Source: Dicyema japonicum (Eukaryota > Animalia > Dicyemida). From it: DNA of 64,000 nucleotides. The position numbers and the translations under genes were made by a program. Location of the stretch: assembly GCA_011109175.1 (NCBI GenBank), contig RDEW01000032.1, forward strand, positions 527,334 through 591,333, in the 5' to 3' direction. Each line of letters begins with the position of its first letter. Position 1 is the stretch's first letter. Below the pieces are notes generated by a model, which was not told where the DNA came from, searched no databases, and saw nothing but the letters and a program-made list of their open reading frames with translations. Below are positions 1 through 11,869 of this stretch, piece by piece.

Positions 1-289
1 GTTGGAATAAATAGATTGAAGTTTTTAAATTCTGTGTCCAACAGACAGGCAGTAAAAGATCTCAGAGGTTCTAACTATCAAACGCAAGGAAAGACAGTAT
101 CCAAATGGGTCTGTAAGCAAGAATTCATCCGGAGGAAAGTTAACGTTGATGATTTATCTGTTCCTCGTGTTAATGGCAAAATCAAGTTTGGACAGAGTAG
201 GAGTGGATTTTTCTAACATACTTAACATTTAAGTGCTTCTAACAATCGTTCCGTTCAAAGCACAATAAGTTGAGAGGGTCCGTAATCCT

Positions 290-520
290 CTGTCGATCGT
301 CGACGAAAAGAGAAGTGGCCCAGGGGACCTCTTATTGCACTCTGTGCAAATGTTTACTCCGAACTTCTAGAAAATCATAAATTTCTGACCCATAGCCAAA
401 GTCACCATTTTTTCTATCCCTAGTGCTCTTCGAAGACAAATCTTTCTTCTTAGTGCGGAGAAAGCGTTAGACATTTCGATGTTCATCACGATTTCCCAAT
501 CGGACGTCATTCCTTATGAG
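290..520 (-). mobile_element. Degenerate CRE-type reverse transcriptase fragment
   Basis: Minus strand gives EMSNAFSALRR (cf. DISNAFNSLRRD) and VQ*..PLGPLLF (cf. QQGDPLGPLLF), with stops and frameshifts. Confidence 0.6.
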
Positions 521-1364
521 GAAGTGAAAAAACCTTCACTAATATTCATCGATCACGTTAGGATGTTATTCTTCCTGGATTCGATTCCCCTTACTTTGTC
601 ATAGGTTTTTATTCCTTTTCCTACTCTTCACTCGTTATACAAAATTTTTGTCATGTGATACACATATCTTAGTATAAATAAACCGACATTACATGCTTCT
701 ACGTCTTCAAAACGGACATCCTATGGAATTTTTTGATGCCTTAAGACGGATATCTTTTGAGTTTTTTGGTGACCAAAAGAGTTGGAATATCAGACAAGGG
801 ATTCCGGTTAAAAATATAAAGTTGCCCATTTGATTACTGTCAAATGATAGATACATGAACACGTGAGTTACTTAAATTATTAAAATAGGAGTACCATAGA
901 ATTCTCATATATGAGGATTTCAGCTTAAATTCAGGCATGTTTTTAATTCAACTATGGTCCACGTGAGGCATATATTTGAATAGAGTCAACTTTTTTCCAA
1001 ATTTTTGAAATATAGATTTTATAAGAATGTTCAAAACTACAAGTTAAATCAACAAAAACATTTAAAATCTGATAAAAAATATCAAGACAAGAGCGAGACC
1101 AAAGAGGTCGAAAACACAAGACACGAGTAAAATAATATTCCGGACGAAAGCCCGAAGCAGATATTCTATACAAAATATATCCAATAAAATATCTAATATT
1201 GAAATCACATAAACCTCCCTAAAATCTGTCCTATAAAGAAGGTGGTCTCCATAATAACGTCTCATAAGGACTTTGTTGAACCCAAATCTCTATTTTAAAT
1301 CCGGTTTTCGTCCTCTCATTTGGACGAATGTCACGTATATTTGAAGCATACATTTTAATTTAAT

Positions 1365-1535
1365 TTATTAACCCCGGATACACCAAAAAAGAAGTTAAAA
1401 AAAACAACTAATTAAGTGCATCCAGTTTCCATTCTACAGAATCAGAGTCCATCCGGAATCAACATGAAAGGTAAAAGACGTCCATACTTGCAGCTGTGGA
1501 AATCCATCCAGTGGAGTGGGAGTAAAAGTGGCATA
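1365..1535 (-). mobile_element. 3' end of an unclassified LINE family (copy 1 of 3) with terminal hairpin
   Basis: Strong DNA similarity to 28255-28410; inverted repeat GGATACAC(1376)...GTGCATCC(1416). Confidence 0.6.
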
Positions 1536-3289
1536 CAACTTTCGGATCAAGTAAGGGCTGCTTCATTCATTGCAATTTATGTCTTTGTTGTTTTTTGGGA
1601 TAGTTTGGCCAAAAGTTACATTTTAAATTTAAACAACCACAAGCGAAAGAAAGTCAAATAAATCTATAACTTTAGATTGAGCAACTTGTGGAACTTAAAA
1701 ATGCTAAATTTAGCATTGAGCCTTTTTCAATTGAACCAGTTTTCTGAAATTTTTATTTTAGTCTGAAATATCTAACGGCGAGGAAAGTCAGTCTTGGTGG
1801 GAAAAAGAAGCGACGTCTCTTATTCGGAAATTCAGAAGAAATAAATAATTTTAATATTTAGAATACTTTTGCCGAGGAAGTAAATGTAAAATTTGTATAT
1901 CTACTTTTTAAATTTAAAATCTTTCCGTTAATAGGAGTTCCATCACAAAACCGTTGTCATCAAAGTTACATGAAGGTCACATAGCGATTTTGCCTGTATT
2001 TCAAATTTAAAGTACAAGTAGTATTTAAATTAAATATTTTTTTAATTTAAAATTTATTATAATAATTACATGAATAAAAAAATATTATTATTAACACGAG
2101 GCTATCAGTTTTGGTTGTATAGATGGACGGTTTAAAACTATAATATTTGTTTGGATCCAGCGAAACTTTATTGCGCCGCTGTGGTTTGTAATAACTATTT
2201 TTATCAAAAATAGATCGTGAGTAAAAAAAAATTTATTCTTCAAATTGGGTTTGTGTCCAATAACTTTATCCTAATCGTGGGGGACTGTCATCAAAATATC
2301 TAATAGTTTGACATTTATTCAGAATCACCTAATTTAATTGAGGTAGGTCGACTGAATAAGACCGAGAATCCGAGATTGTATGGATTCACTTATGATATGC
2401 ATATTGGTCATAATTGATCATCGAAAAAACATAATTCGAGTTAAATGTTCGAGTTTGGGTGTTTGACTTTATTGTGATGAATTTTGTTGAGAATTCTTAA
2501 ATTTTAGCTTTCTTTAACTGCCGTCTCCACTCTTTAATGTTTATTGAATGTTTAAAATAATATTATTTTTTCGTTTTTTCCTTAATTTTGTTTATTCTAA
2601 TAAAATTTATTTATGTTTATTACCAATGAATTAAGTTACGTTAAATATGAGGAAAGTTGAAATAATAGTTATCGGACTCGACGTTTGTTATGCTTATACA
2701 TGAATCAGTTTTTTCTCTCATTTTTATGCTAAAAATATGTAAGTTTTTGTAAGACATTATGTAATCATTACAATTTTTCATTGCATCATGGTTGATGTAA
2801 TTCAGTCATCGATTTTGTAATGTATTCAGAGATGTCGGGAACTTAAAGGTTTTGTCTTTAATTTCACCTGAAGCAAAATTAAAGTAATTTAAAAAGAGAT
2901 CTTCTACATTGAGGTTGTGGAAAACAATCAGTAAATATTATCTGAAAGCAAGACAGTTTCCACCGTGTACGGTGTTTCGTTAAACAGGCAGTCTAACAGG
3001 CACTAAAGTTAAATCTATAACCCTAAGTCAATCGTCAAAGTTAGCAGCCTCTGATCCATAGCTTACTGATGAGGATATTCAAGCTAAATATACTGAGGAC
3101 GTCATGCATTCTAAAGGATGACTGAGAGGTTATGACTTTTTAATGGAAGACAAGAATTTGGTAAACAAATATATATGTGCTAATAAAAATCTACAGGTCT
3201 CTGATTTAAAACTGTCTGTGGATGCTTCATAACTTACTACAGTAAAGATCAGTCTTCTGTGAGACATTATGAAATATTTACGACACTCC

Positions 3290-4720
3290 TGATATCATCA
3301 ACTGAGGATTTAACATATTATATCTCCCCTTAATTGAGAAGCAAGTGTTTCCCAAATCTCTCAATAAATTATCATCGAAATAGAACGTATTGATAATGTA
3401 CATCCGGGTAAAGTATTCTGATGTGGGTGAGGAGAGAGATCCTTTTTGGATTCCCGCCAAGTACGTGGCGTCTCCTGAGTTAGATGGATCCAATAAGACC
3501 TCTTGGAATTGAAGAAACCAAAAAGTAGAAAGTACCATTTAGATGAATTATGTAATGATGTAGTAAAATCATCCCTTCCGTTATTTACAGGGCCTGGTAT
3601 TGCGAGATATTTGTTCAACCACAGCAAACATTCTTCAACCATGTTTGTATCTTTCGACGTCTTTTACCTAAGTTATCCAGTGTGTGCCGGGCTAGTTCCC
3701 TCACTCCTCTCTATTTTGTATATGATTCTGTTGCGTTCTTTTTTAAGAGAGTCAGTGAAGCTTGACGAGTTCTAAGACTCAATTAAGAGTCTGAATTTCC
3801 TTTAGTTTTTTGCCAATTCTTCTATTTCTTCGTCAAAAGTTCCCTTGAACCTCCTTGGAAAATTTCCCAGTACCATCCCAGCAGCCTGACTGACTCTGCT
3901 CGAAATATTCTTCCATAGCAGCCCGGGTGACATATTCGTGTCGACATTTTCAAGCAGTTTCGATTTTTTCTCGCCGTACTTTTAACGGATATTGTCAGAA
4001 GCAAACCACGGCCAAGGTCCTCACCGCGTACGAGCTGCCAGTACTCTAGATATTCCAAAGCGTCTCTAGAATGAGACGTGGCACTAGTAGTCTGTTATCA
4101 CTTGAGGTCATCATGCCACTGTACGAACGGAAGTCTGTGGGTAGCCTCCTCAGTGTTTGCATGCATAGTATGTAGTCGATTTGGTTAAATATATGGACAC
4201 GATTTCTACAGGAGTCTCTCCTCTGCCATGTCAACGTCGTATTATGTCACGCTGCATGTCCGAACGCCGTGTTACAAAGGAACAGTCTCGCAGAAGTGTA
4301 TAAGGACAGATTTCTGATCCCTCAATCGTGGCTGCCCAGGCAATTTGATTCGTCCCGCTTATCCCCACTTTGGAATTCAAGTCTCCAGTTATAAAGAGCA
4401 TGTAGGAGCTGACAGGGAAGAGTAAGCCGATTATAAGGACGAGTAGAAATTTTAAAGTTCCTCTGCTTTGGCGGATACTTTCACTGTGGTCGATATATAT
4501 CGATGGAGTAACATTATGGTTGTTTCCAAGGGGTAGTTGAAGATGGCAATCCTGTCGTTGATACTCCACGGTCTATGAGCCACCCCATCTGAGTCCATGT
4601 GTATAGCAAACTCTATCCAATCATTTCGGCAGCCTGACGGTGGTAGGAGCAGTCGATACACGTTCACAAATTTCATCCAGGCCATTGGGAACTTTAGTCA
4701 ACCTGGAGACAGCATACAAA
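3290..4720 (-). mobile_element. RTE-clade LINE, decayed (APE endonuclease plus RT remnants)
   Basis: FAIH..WSINDRIA, GDLNSKVG, NQIDYILC..RSY.G..SSD(H) and GIQKG.SLS..FDD motifs in order on the minus strand. Confidence 0.75.
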
Positions 4721-4799
4721 TATTCCGTATTGTTGGAGGTCCGGAAATAAGTGTTGTCTTTTTACGAATGATGTGAGTCCTCTCACATTTAATGATCCA

Positions 4800-6300
4800 A
4801 CGTAAAACAGGGAAAATTGAGTGCATGAAAAAGACATTTGTGCGAGAGACACGTAACTACCAAAAACAGAGTACCAACTGAGCGAACAGGGAAGGTATTG
4901 AGCCAGAACCCCAAATTCTCAGCAGATGCTGCATTCAGAAATGTGCGACGATGGGTATCTGAGGACCTTCCAAGTCATTTAGCTTTTTTAACAAAGGATT
5001 TTATCCAAATCCCTTTGTGATAAAGTTCTTCGGAACATCAAGCCTGTTTGTTATCTACTGCACGCATCCGCGTCAAACATAGGATCCAGACTCAATCCGT
5101 GACAGGAAAATAAGATTGAGCTGGTTAAGGCACGGCAGCTTGTGAGGGACGATGAGTAGCATGGAATGCCAAATCGGCAGAAGACCTCGAACCAATTACC
5201 CCAAACCTTATCGGGAGTTTTCTTTGGACCAGCCAGTACAATCAAATCGGATATTGAAGATTTCTTCACTCGCCTCTCTGATGAGATCCAGAGATTTAAG
5301 AGAATCAGGCTCATTAAAACAAAAGGAACTTCGCAATGAGAAAATTATCTTGGGAACAAATATGTTAATTTTTTCATGAAGAAGGCGGTATGTGCTTTAA
5401 GAGTTTTAAGCCTTCCGTCATGAGCCGGAACGAGTCGACCTTTTCTTCATAAACTTTTCCATCTCGGAAAAGAATTCAAGAAGAACCATATTAAAAGACT
5501 CGACTATCCAAGCGGTCTCAAGACAGTTTTGAACAATGTAAAACTATATCTCTGTTTTCCATATAATCGAGGTCTAACGGAGCAGGGATAGCGATTTCCA
5601 GAGCGTCGATAATCGAAAAATCCATACCAATCGTTCCATAGTTGAGGTTCCAGATAGCTTCTGAATAACGTGGTCAATAGTAATGTATAAAAAGAGAGGT
5701 CCAAGGGGATCACCTTGCTGAACACCAGAAGAAGAGTCGATAATGTAATCTCCGAATACAAGCAAACTTTCAAATCTTAAAAAAGATGGAAAAATCTGGT
5801 TATTCCGGACGTCCTAGAAACGCAGAACTTCAGAATGTGATCACGCCTGAGGGAATTGAATACACCAGAGATATCTAGTTTCACAAGTAGTTTGCGCTCT
5901 CTGGGATTATAGTGGAGACAAACAAGCGTGTTGAGTGAACATACATGAGGGACACCAACGCCCATCTGAGTTGGAGACATCTCGACACTGAGACGTTTAC
6001 ATACAAATTTCACTGAAATCTTTGATTCTAGACGTCTCAAGAAATTTCCAACTGCAATTGGACGAATACGACCGGTTTGTTAAAGGCGTACAAAAGTTCA
6101 TTGAAGAAAAGGTACCTCGCAAAAGGGTCAATGGCACCACTGATTAGAGATCGAATCCCGTTAATAATCGACTCCTCTGAAATAACAAGAGAGCTGGGAA
6201 AGTATCATCGGTGTACAATCACTAGATTGATAAACAAGACATTTTTTTCGGACGGGCCTAAGAATGCATGAATGGCAAGTTCAGGTATTCAAGACTTTCA
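4800..6300 (-). mobile_element. CRE-type non-LTR retrotransposon, decayed RT through C-terminal region
   Basis: IRPIAVGNFLRRL, PTQMGVGVP, VKLDIS..FNSLRRD, SSGVQQGDPLGPL, AH.AFF..K, and NAASAENLGFWLNTFP..SVGTL. Confidence 0.85.
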
Positions 6301-6929
6301 CAGTTTTCTTGGATAGTTTAACCTAGCCGATATGGAAAAAGCATATTTGCTCAAGTCATCATCGCGCACGGATTCAGCAGCGAGCAATGTGAAGATCCGA
6401 AAAGGAGGAATTACCACGGAATTGGCGACCGTATCGCTTTCTAGCCTATCTCGGTTGAGACTTCTACACGTCATTGTCCCGAGAACGTCTGAGTATATCA
6501 GCTTAATAGGACGGCTTCCGATGCGGCAGAAGGGCTAGCCTAGAATAACACTATGACTCTTCCAGAACATTGGACTCGCGATCATAACAGTAACTCCTAT
6601 TGCGTGCTCATCACAAAAATTTGTGCCACCTTTTGGAAAAAGCTAAGAAGGAAAAAATTATTCAAATCAGGAGAATTATCGAAGTAAGCCGGAAAATGAA
6701 GTACCGCCTTACGAGGACGGTAGAATAGTTTGGAGTCTTCTAGAAGCAATAATCTCCAGATAATATGATCGATCCACCCGTTATCTTACAAAACAATAAT
6801 AGAAAAGAATAGCTCCTTTAGGATGAACAATGTCGTGGCATTCCAATGTGGAATGAGCAAATAATTCCCTTAAATGAACAAAAAAAATGAATTTAAGATT
6901 TATTATAATAAAATGTAATTCCTAATTGT

Positions 6930-8571
6930 TTTTTCTTTCCTTCAATAATTCTTGCTTTTTACTTTCTTATTAAAGAAATTAGAGAAACTTCATGTTCATT
7001 CTCAACATTGGCTAAGAGTTGCAGTTAATCTAACTGCAATATCCATTTTGTCTATATGCCTTGTTTTTTCAGATTCTTGTTCACTATTTTCTTAATCTTA
7101 TAAAGAATTTGGATTTTCAATAAATGTTCATTTTCCGTGTATTCAATATTTAAAAAATCCTCAACTTTGAGAGGATCGAAAATGTCTGTTTTTCTGATTA
7201 ATAATAACAGCCTTTTCACGAAAGCCATAGTATTTATAGCTCCGCATAGGCAGGACACACACTTTATTTAAGTAAAGAACAGTTAATTTTAAAAAATCGT
7301 AAAACCAGGAATTATCTTCACTTCTTTTTTTCTTTTTCTTGTGTGTGGGTCCTTTCTAGACAATCCAGTTCCGCAGTGTGTATCCACTGATGACGGCGTC
7401 ACTCGTCAAACCCTTTTAGCATCGTAGATGCGTGGAACCTTCCACCAGGTGAACAGCAGCGAGAATTTTCTGATTATTGTATCATTAATATCAATTTCAA
7501 GAATTTCGTTATTGGAGTTGTTAAAAACTTTAAAATAATTCCTGATCGTCTCTTCGGGTACGTCTTCCCGAGCAATTTATGTAAAATGACAGTTTCCATT
7601 AAATTCAATTTTTGTAAGAATTATAGACCGAAAAATTGAGTTTCCAACAATTCCGTCCAATAAATTAACTTGCGTCTGGTAAAATTACTCATGAAAGATT
7701 TTATGATGCCAATATACATGGGTTGAAGCAACCCCATACTATTTTTTTGAAGAAACAATATTTTTTATATATTCCAAATTCGACCGGATACAATGCGCAG
7801 GGCAGTTGTCAATCAATAGTAAAATTCGTTTTTTTATTCTTTAGCTGTATATCAAAATTAATCAACCAATCCATAGATATGGATCCAGTCATCCAATCTC
7901 TTTGTGAACTATAATAGGAGACGGATCTATAGTTATAATTTCGAAAACATCGAGGCATTTTTTGTCTTGAAATCATCACTGGTTTCAACTTATACGTTCC
8001 GCTCATGTTTGAAGATAGCATAATTGAGACACGATCTTTAAAATTTTTGTAACCTTGAAATCGGTGTCTGCAGATGCTATTTGATGGAATGAGCTCATAG
8101 TATAACCCAGTTTCATCCAGATTATAGATTTGGTCTGGTTTATATGCTTTTGAAATTTCTTTAAATTCTTCAAAAAAGGATTCGACTTCGACAGATTTAT
8201 CTGTTTGCATTTCCCCATGTAATTTGCGCATTCTGAATCCGTGTCTCTTTTTGAATTTATCCAAGAATCCACTAGAATTTTAGAAATTACTGAGTTGTTT
8301 TAAATTGATTTTTCGAAAAGTACCTTTAGACTCTATTACCTCCATCCATTCAATCAATCTCTCTTTAAGCTTTGAAAACTTTAGTTTATGTGCAGTTTTA
8401 AAAGTGGGTTGATAATTTTTTTGAATCTTTCAAAATAGTGTCCTGCTTCAGATAAAGATAATTTTTTAAAATTGTAAAAATTGTAAAAAAATTGGCCAAT
8501 TAATAAGGAGAATAGGATTTTTTTCTAAGAAAATTTTTCAAAATGTGGCCAATTTGCGAGGGTCGAGTGTA
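6930..8571 (-). mobile_element. pogo/Tigger DNA transposon (DDE_1), decayed, interrupted by a SINE
   Basis: ORF 7809-8264 has KFKKRHG, IYNLDETGLYY, KDRVSIML, LKPVMI..QKMPRCF, WMT. TIR-like TA|CACTCGACCCTCGCAAAT ends at 8569 with TA at 8570-71. The reading frame is restored when 7201-7465 is removed. Confidence 0.9.
7201..7465 (-). mobile_element. tRNA-derived SINE, 5'-truncated copy
   Basis: Flanked by an 11-bp TSD TTTTCTGATTA (7190-7200 and 7466-7476), ends in a (TTA)n tail, and its body matches 31358-31676 and 57107-57384. Confidence 0.9.
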
Positions 8572-8649
8572 TTCAATTTATTTACTTACAAATAATTTTA
8601 TTTTTTAAATTGTTTATATACTTTTTTTGAATTGCATGTGGTATATGGG

Positions 8650-9210
8650 GCCAATTCAGAAGATCCTTGGAGTAACTTTCGATTTTCTGATGATGTTTGC
8701 TGATGTTCCAGTCACACGGAGGATGTGTTAACCAATGGTCTTCGACAATGGAACGTCCTAAAAGCCATCTTAAAGAAGAGCCCTTTCTTTCCTACTGCTT
8801 GTATCAGCAAAGTACATCTCCAAGTTATTGCGCCGACGATTGAATATGCCTGTTCTGCCTGGAGATTCGCCATTCATTCTACGAGGGTGGAGCGTGTGAA
8901 TTCTCTTAGACGGAAGATCATGAAGCACATACAATCAGACTCCACATCCGTCCCCAGTCTGCTTTCAGAGGAGGCGACGTTGAAGAATGGCCAGGGTTTC
9001 CTACGTTTCTGCAAGGAAATGGGAAACCTACTCAAGGAAAAGGTGGCCCATGCAGAGGAATTTCGGTCGGTTACAAAAAAGTGCACGCCGGTTGAATTCC
9101 TTTGCAGAAGGAAGAGAAAGCGCTTCCGGAATGCGGTTGGGTCATCAGAAGACCAGATGAAGAGAGTTCGGATGTTGTTGGAAGCTGGGATCACCTAATT
9201 AGTTAGTTTT
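8650..9210 (+). mobile_element. 3' part of an APE-type LINE ORF2 (CR1/L2/I-like), 'AGIT-stop' family
   Basis: KILGVTFD, then ORF 8725-9198 with APTIEYACSAW (RT thumb), ending LLEAGIT* followed by TTAGTTAG. Confidence 0.75.
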
Positions 9211-9279
9211 GACCTATCTTACTTGGTAGTCTTGGGGTTAAATACATAAAAATAAATAAATTCATCTCTTGGACAAATG

Positions 9280-9510
9280 TCTTGAAGATCGAGGATAGCC
9301 GAAAAAGAGCTTTCAAAATCACGGAACGCTGGAGTTCCACCTACCAATGCATCTTGAAGTCTTGATACGAATGAACAATAGAACGCGGCGTCGTGAGTGC
9401 AAAGATCCAGTCCTCGGCCGATACGTGCTTGTGTGTGGTCGAAGGAGAAGCATTGGGCTAAGATGAGGTCCCTGCTAGAACGTGCTGGGATCACGTGACT
9501 AGTTAAGTTT
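9280..9510 (+). mobile_element. LINE 3' end, 'AGIT-stop' family
   Basis: KRAFKITERW (cf. QKRAFKLTERW near 55920) and WAKMRSLLERAGIT*. Confidence 0.7.
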
Positions 9511-9699
9511 ATTTATGCGGAAAAGAAATAATCTTTTTAATCTACCTCAAAATAAAAAAAGGTATTAATTTTTACAAAAAATGGGGATTTATAATTATAC
9601 GATCTGGTATTATTCGTGGCTAAAAATCTTAGATTACACAATTTTGAGTGAATATTGGAGATGTTATTCGTTAAAAATAATTTTCCACACTTCATATTG

Positions 9700-10110
9700 C
9701 TAGGATGGGAGCACATTCATGAAATTTACATTCGACGATAATGTGTAATGGAATTTCTGAAAACCGTGCTGTGAAGGTTGAATAGGTCCGCCCTTTTTAA
9801 TTTTCATCACACGTCCTACCGTCACAGACATCATATCATTCTTCGGCAGACTAGTTTCATAATGTAATCTTCACAAGATGATTTGGTCAGGGAGAAAATA
9901 GGGAGATCCCTTTCGACTTCTATGTCTAGCCAGAAAGACTCATTGTCTCACAGGCGGTATCTATTTGATGACGAAAGAGGAAAGTTGACTGGAATGAATT
10001 GGTAAGAGTATGCCACAACTGAATCCTTGGTTTTCTACTTTAGTCCTTATGGTAGGACTCAGATGTAATACCCTCTCGAAAACTCCTTAACTCTTTTGTT
10101 AATAAATCGT
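9700..10110 (-). pseudogene. Decayed member of an unidentified gene family (paralog of 18423-18632)
   Basis: PDQII..HYET..KNDMMSVTVGRVMKIKKGGP versus FPDQILWYRKYYE..KNEIMSATVGRVIKMNEDGP; 18-bp exact DNA match at 9806-9823 and 18523-18540. Confidence 0.55.
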
Positions 10111-11059
10111 TATTATTATTATATTCGAAAAAAACGTTTTATTTCATTCTTAGCTTAAGTATGGACAAAGTTACGCATGAATCATATAAAACTCTAAATT
10201 CTGAATAAAGTAGCGGATTTACTTAGGACTCAGGTTTGTATCTCATTCCTCAAGATCAAGACATGGAAGAGCTGTTTCAGGATCTTCTGCCTACATTCCT
10301 GTAGGGATCATAAGAACTATAAATATGTCAGTCATGACTAAATATGGTATACTTATCCACCATGTTATAGGGTTTCTCGCCTATTAACGCCGTCAGTGCT
10401 GTCTGATACTAGAGATCCTCTTTGGTCCAGTTGTTGGTTTTTATACCAAAGAGGAATGTGCTACAAATTAAGACTTTTACCATTCTGGTAAAGTGGCCGA
10501 GTTCTGGACAGTAGTCACGATAGCAAGAGGATACATGAGGGATGTAAATGTTGACTATTGTCATTCGAATGAAGGGGAGGTTTATCTCACTGTGATCTGT
10601 TCAAGTGGATCTTCTGTATGTAAAATAATCGATATCCTGTTTGATAAATCCACTAATTGATCTGATTCCTGATGATGGTAGTGGGGCCTGATGATTCCAA
10701 TACATGCATTGGAGCACACAATATGGAGGAATATTAAGATAAGTCATTAGTTGGTTTTATAACCTTTTTAGTTTCTTTGAGGCTCATAAAATACATGATG
10801 CGGTTGAAGAGCTGAGTCTCGGAACAGTTAAACGTTATTTTAATACTTTTTAAGTTCGTAGATACAGGGGTAGGGGAAATTTTTTTGATGCTAACTTACA
10901 TGTCTGAGTGATAGAATTTCTGATTTATGAATTTAAATAAGCGACTGCGCTCATTAATATTAAATTTATTTCCAAAGACCAAGGGTAACCAAACTAACTA
11001 ACTCCTCGATCCTGACTCGTTCCAGTATTCCAGAACTTGTCATCAGGTAACGACGTTGT

Positions 11060-11300
11060 CCCCGGGAAGAATTGTTGGATCCTCTTGATGTCCAGGCATT
11101 GGACGCCTCCTCAGTAAGGTGGATCCAGTGACGCCATGAAATATGTTAATGATTTCAAAAATTAGACGTAAACTCCTGCGGTCGGAGTGAGACGTATCCT
11201 TTCCAAGCATTATGTCCATCCATATATGCCATTGCGGGAACCCCTAGAGAAAAAAAGCGAAGGATCTTTTTTTGGATGTGTGCCTAAGATTGGACTTCTT
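11060..11300 (+). mobile_element. LINE ORF1 fragment, same family as 38290-38900
   Basis: GIGRLLSKVDPVT matches GIGRLLGKVDEMT at 38570-38625 (minus). Confidence 0.55.
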
Positions 11301-11589
11301 GCTAGTCAGATGGATCTCATAACGCCTTTTAAGAATTGAGGAAAGTTAAGGACAGAAAGGAATCCTTCGAACTATGTATTCAGTACGTGGAGTCGAATTC
11401 ACAGCTAATCGCGAGTGCAGTCTCTCTGTTGGCTAATCCAAAACGTATTCTTATCACAACACCACCGATAAGGAGTAGTATTTTTCCATTACTAAACCTC
11501 AGCTTATGCAGAACTCACACTTTTTTAAGAAGTAAAAACAGTCACGCTAACTAATTCGAAACAATTATTCCAACAAAATGTTCTTGACC

Positions 11590-11680
11590 TCTCGTTCTTT
11601 CCTTTTTCTTGTGTGAGCCCTATAAGACAATCCGGTTCCTTATTGATGAACACTAATGACGGCGTCACTCGTCAACCAAG
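11590..11680 (-). mobile_element. SINE fragment (same family), diverged
   Basis: Shares ATGACGGCGTCACTCGTCAA, AGACAATCC.GTTCC and the A-rich linker with the other three copies. Confidence 0.75.
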
Positions 11681-11869
11681 ATTCTGTTTTGATTAGACGA
11701 CAACGTAAGTTGGTGAGAGTAGTTTCTCTGACAAACAACACTCTTTACGAAGCTATGACCAAATACCTTAAAAATTACCCATGATACGAGATAACTACAT
11801 ATCCTTTCTGGAGAGCTATCTAGGATTCATTTCCACTAAGGATAGGACCTCCCCATGTCGGTATCTAAT

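Noticed and set aside
7380-7415. Hammerhead ribozyme in the SINE body (CTGATGA on the antisense strand)
   Set aside because: The required GAAA after stem II is absent in the copies checked (CAAA, CAAG, CAAC), and no convincing stems I and III were found.
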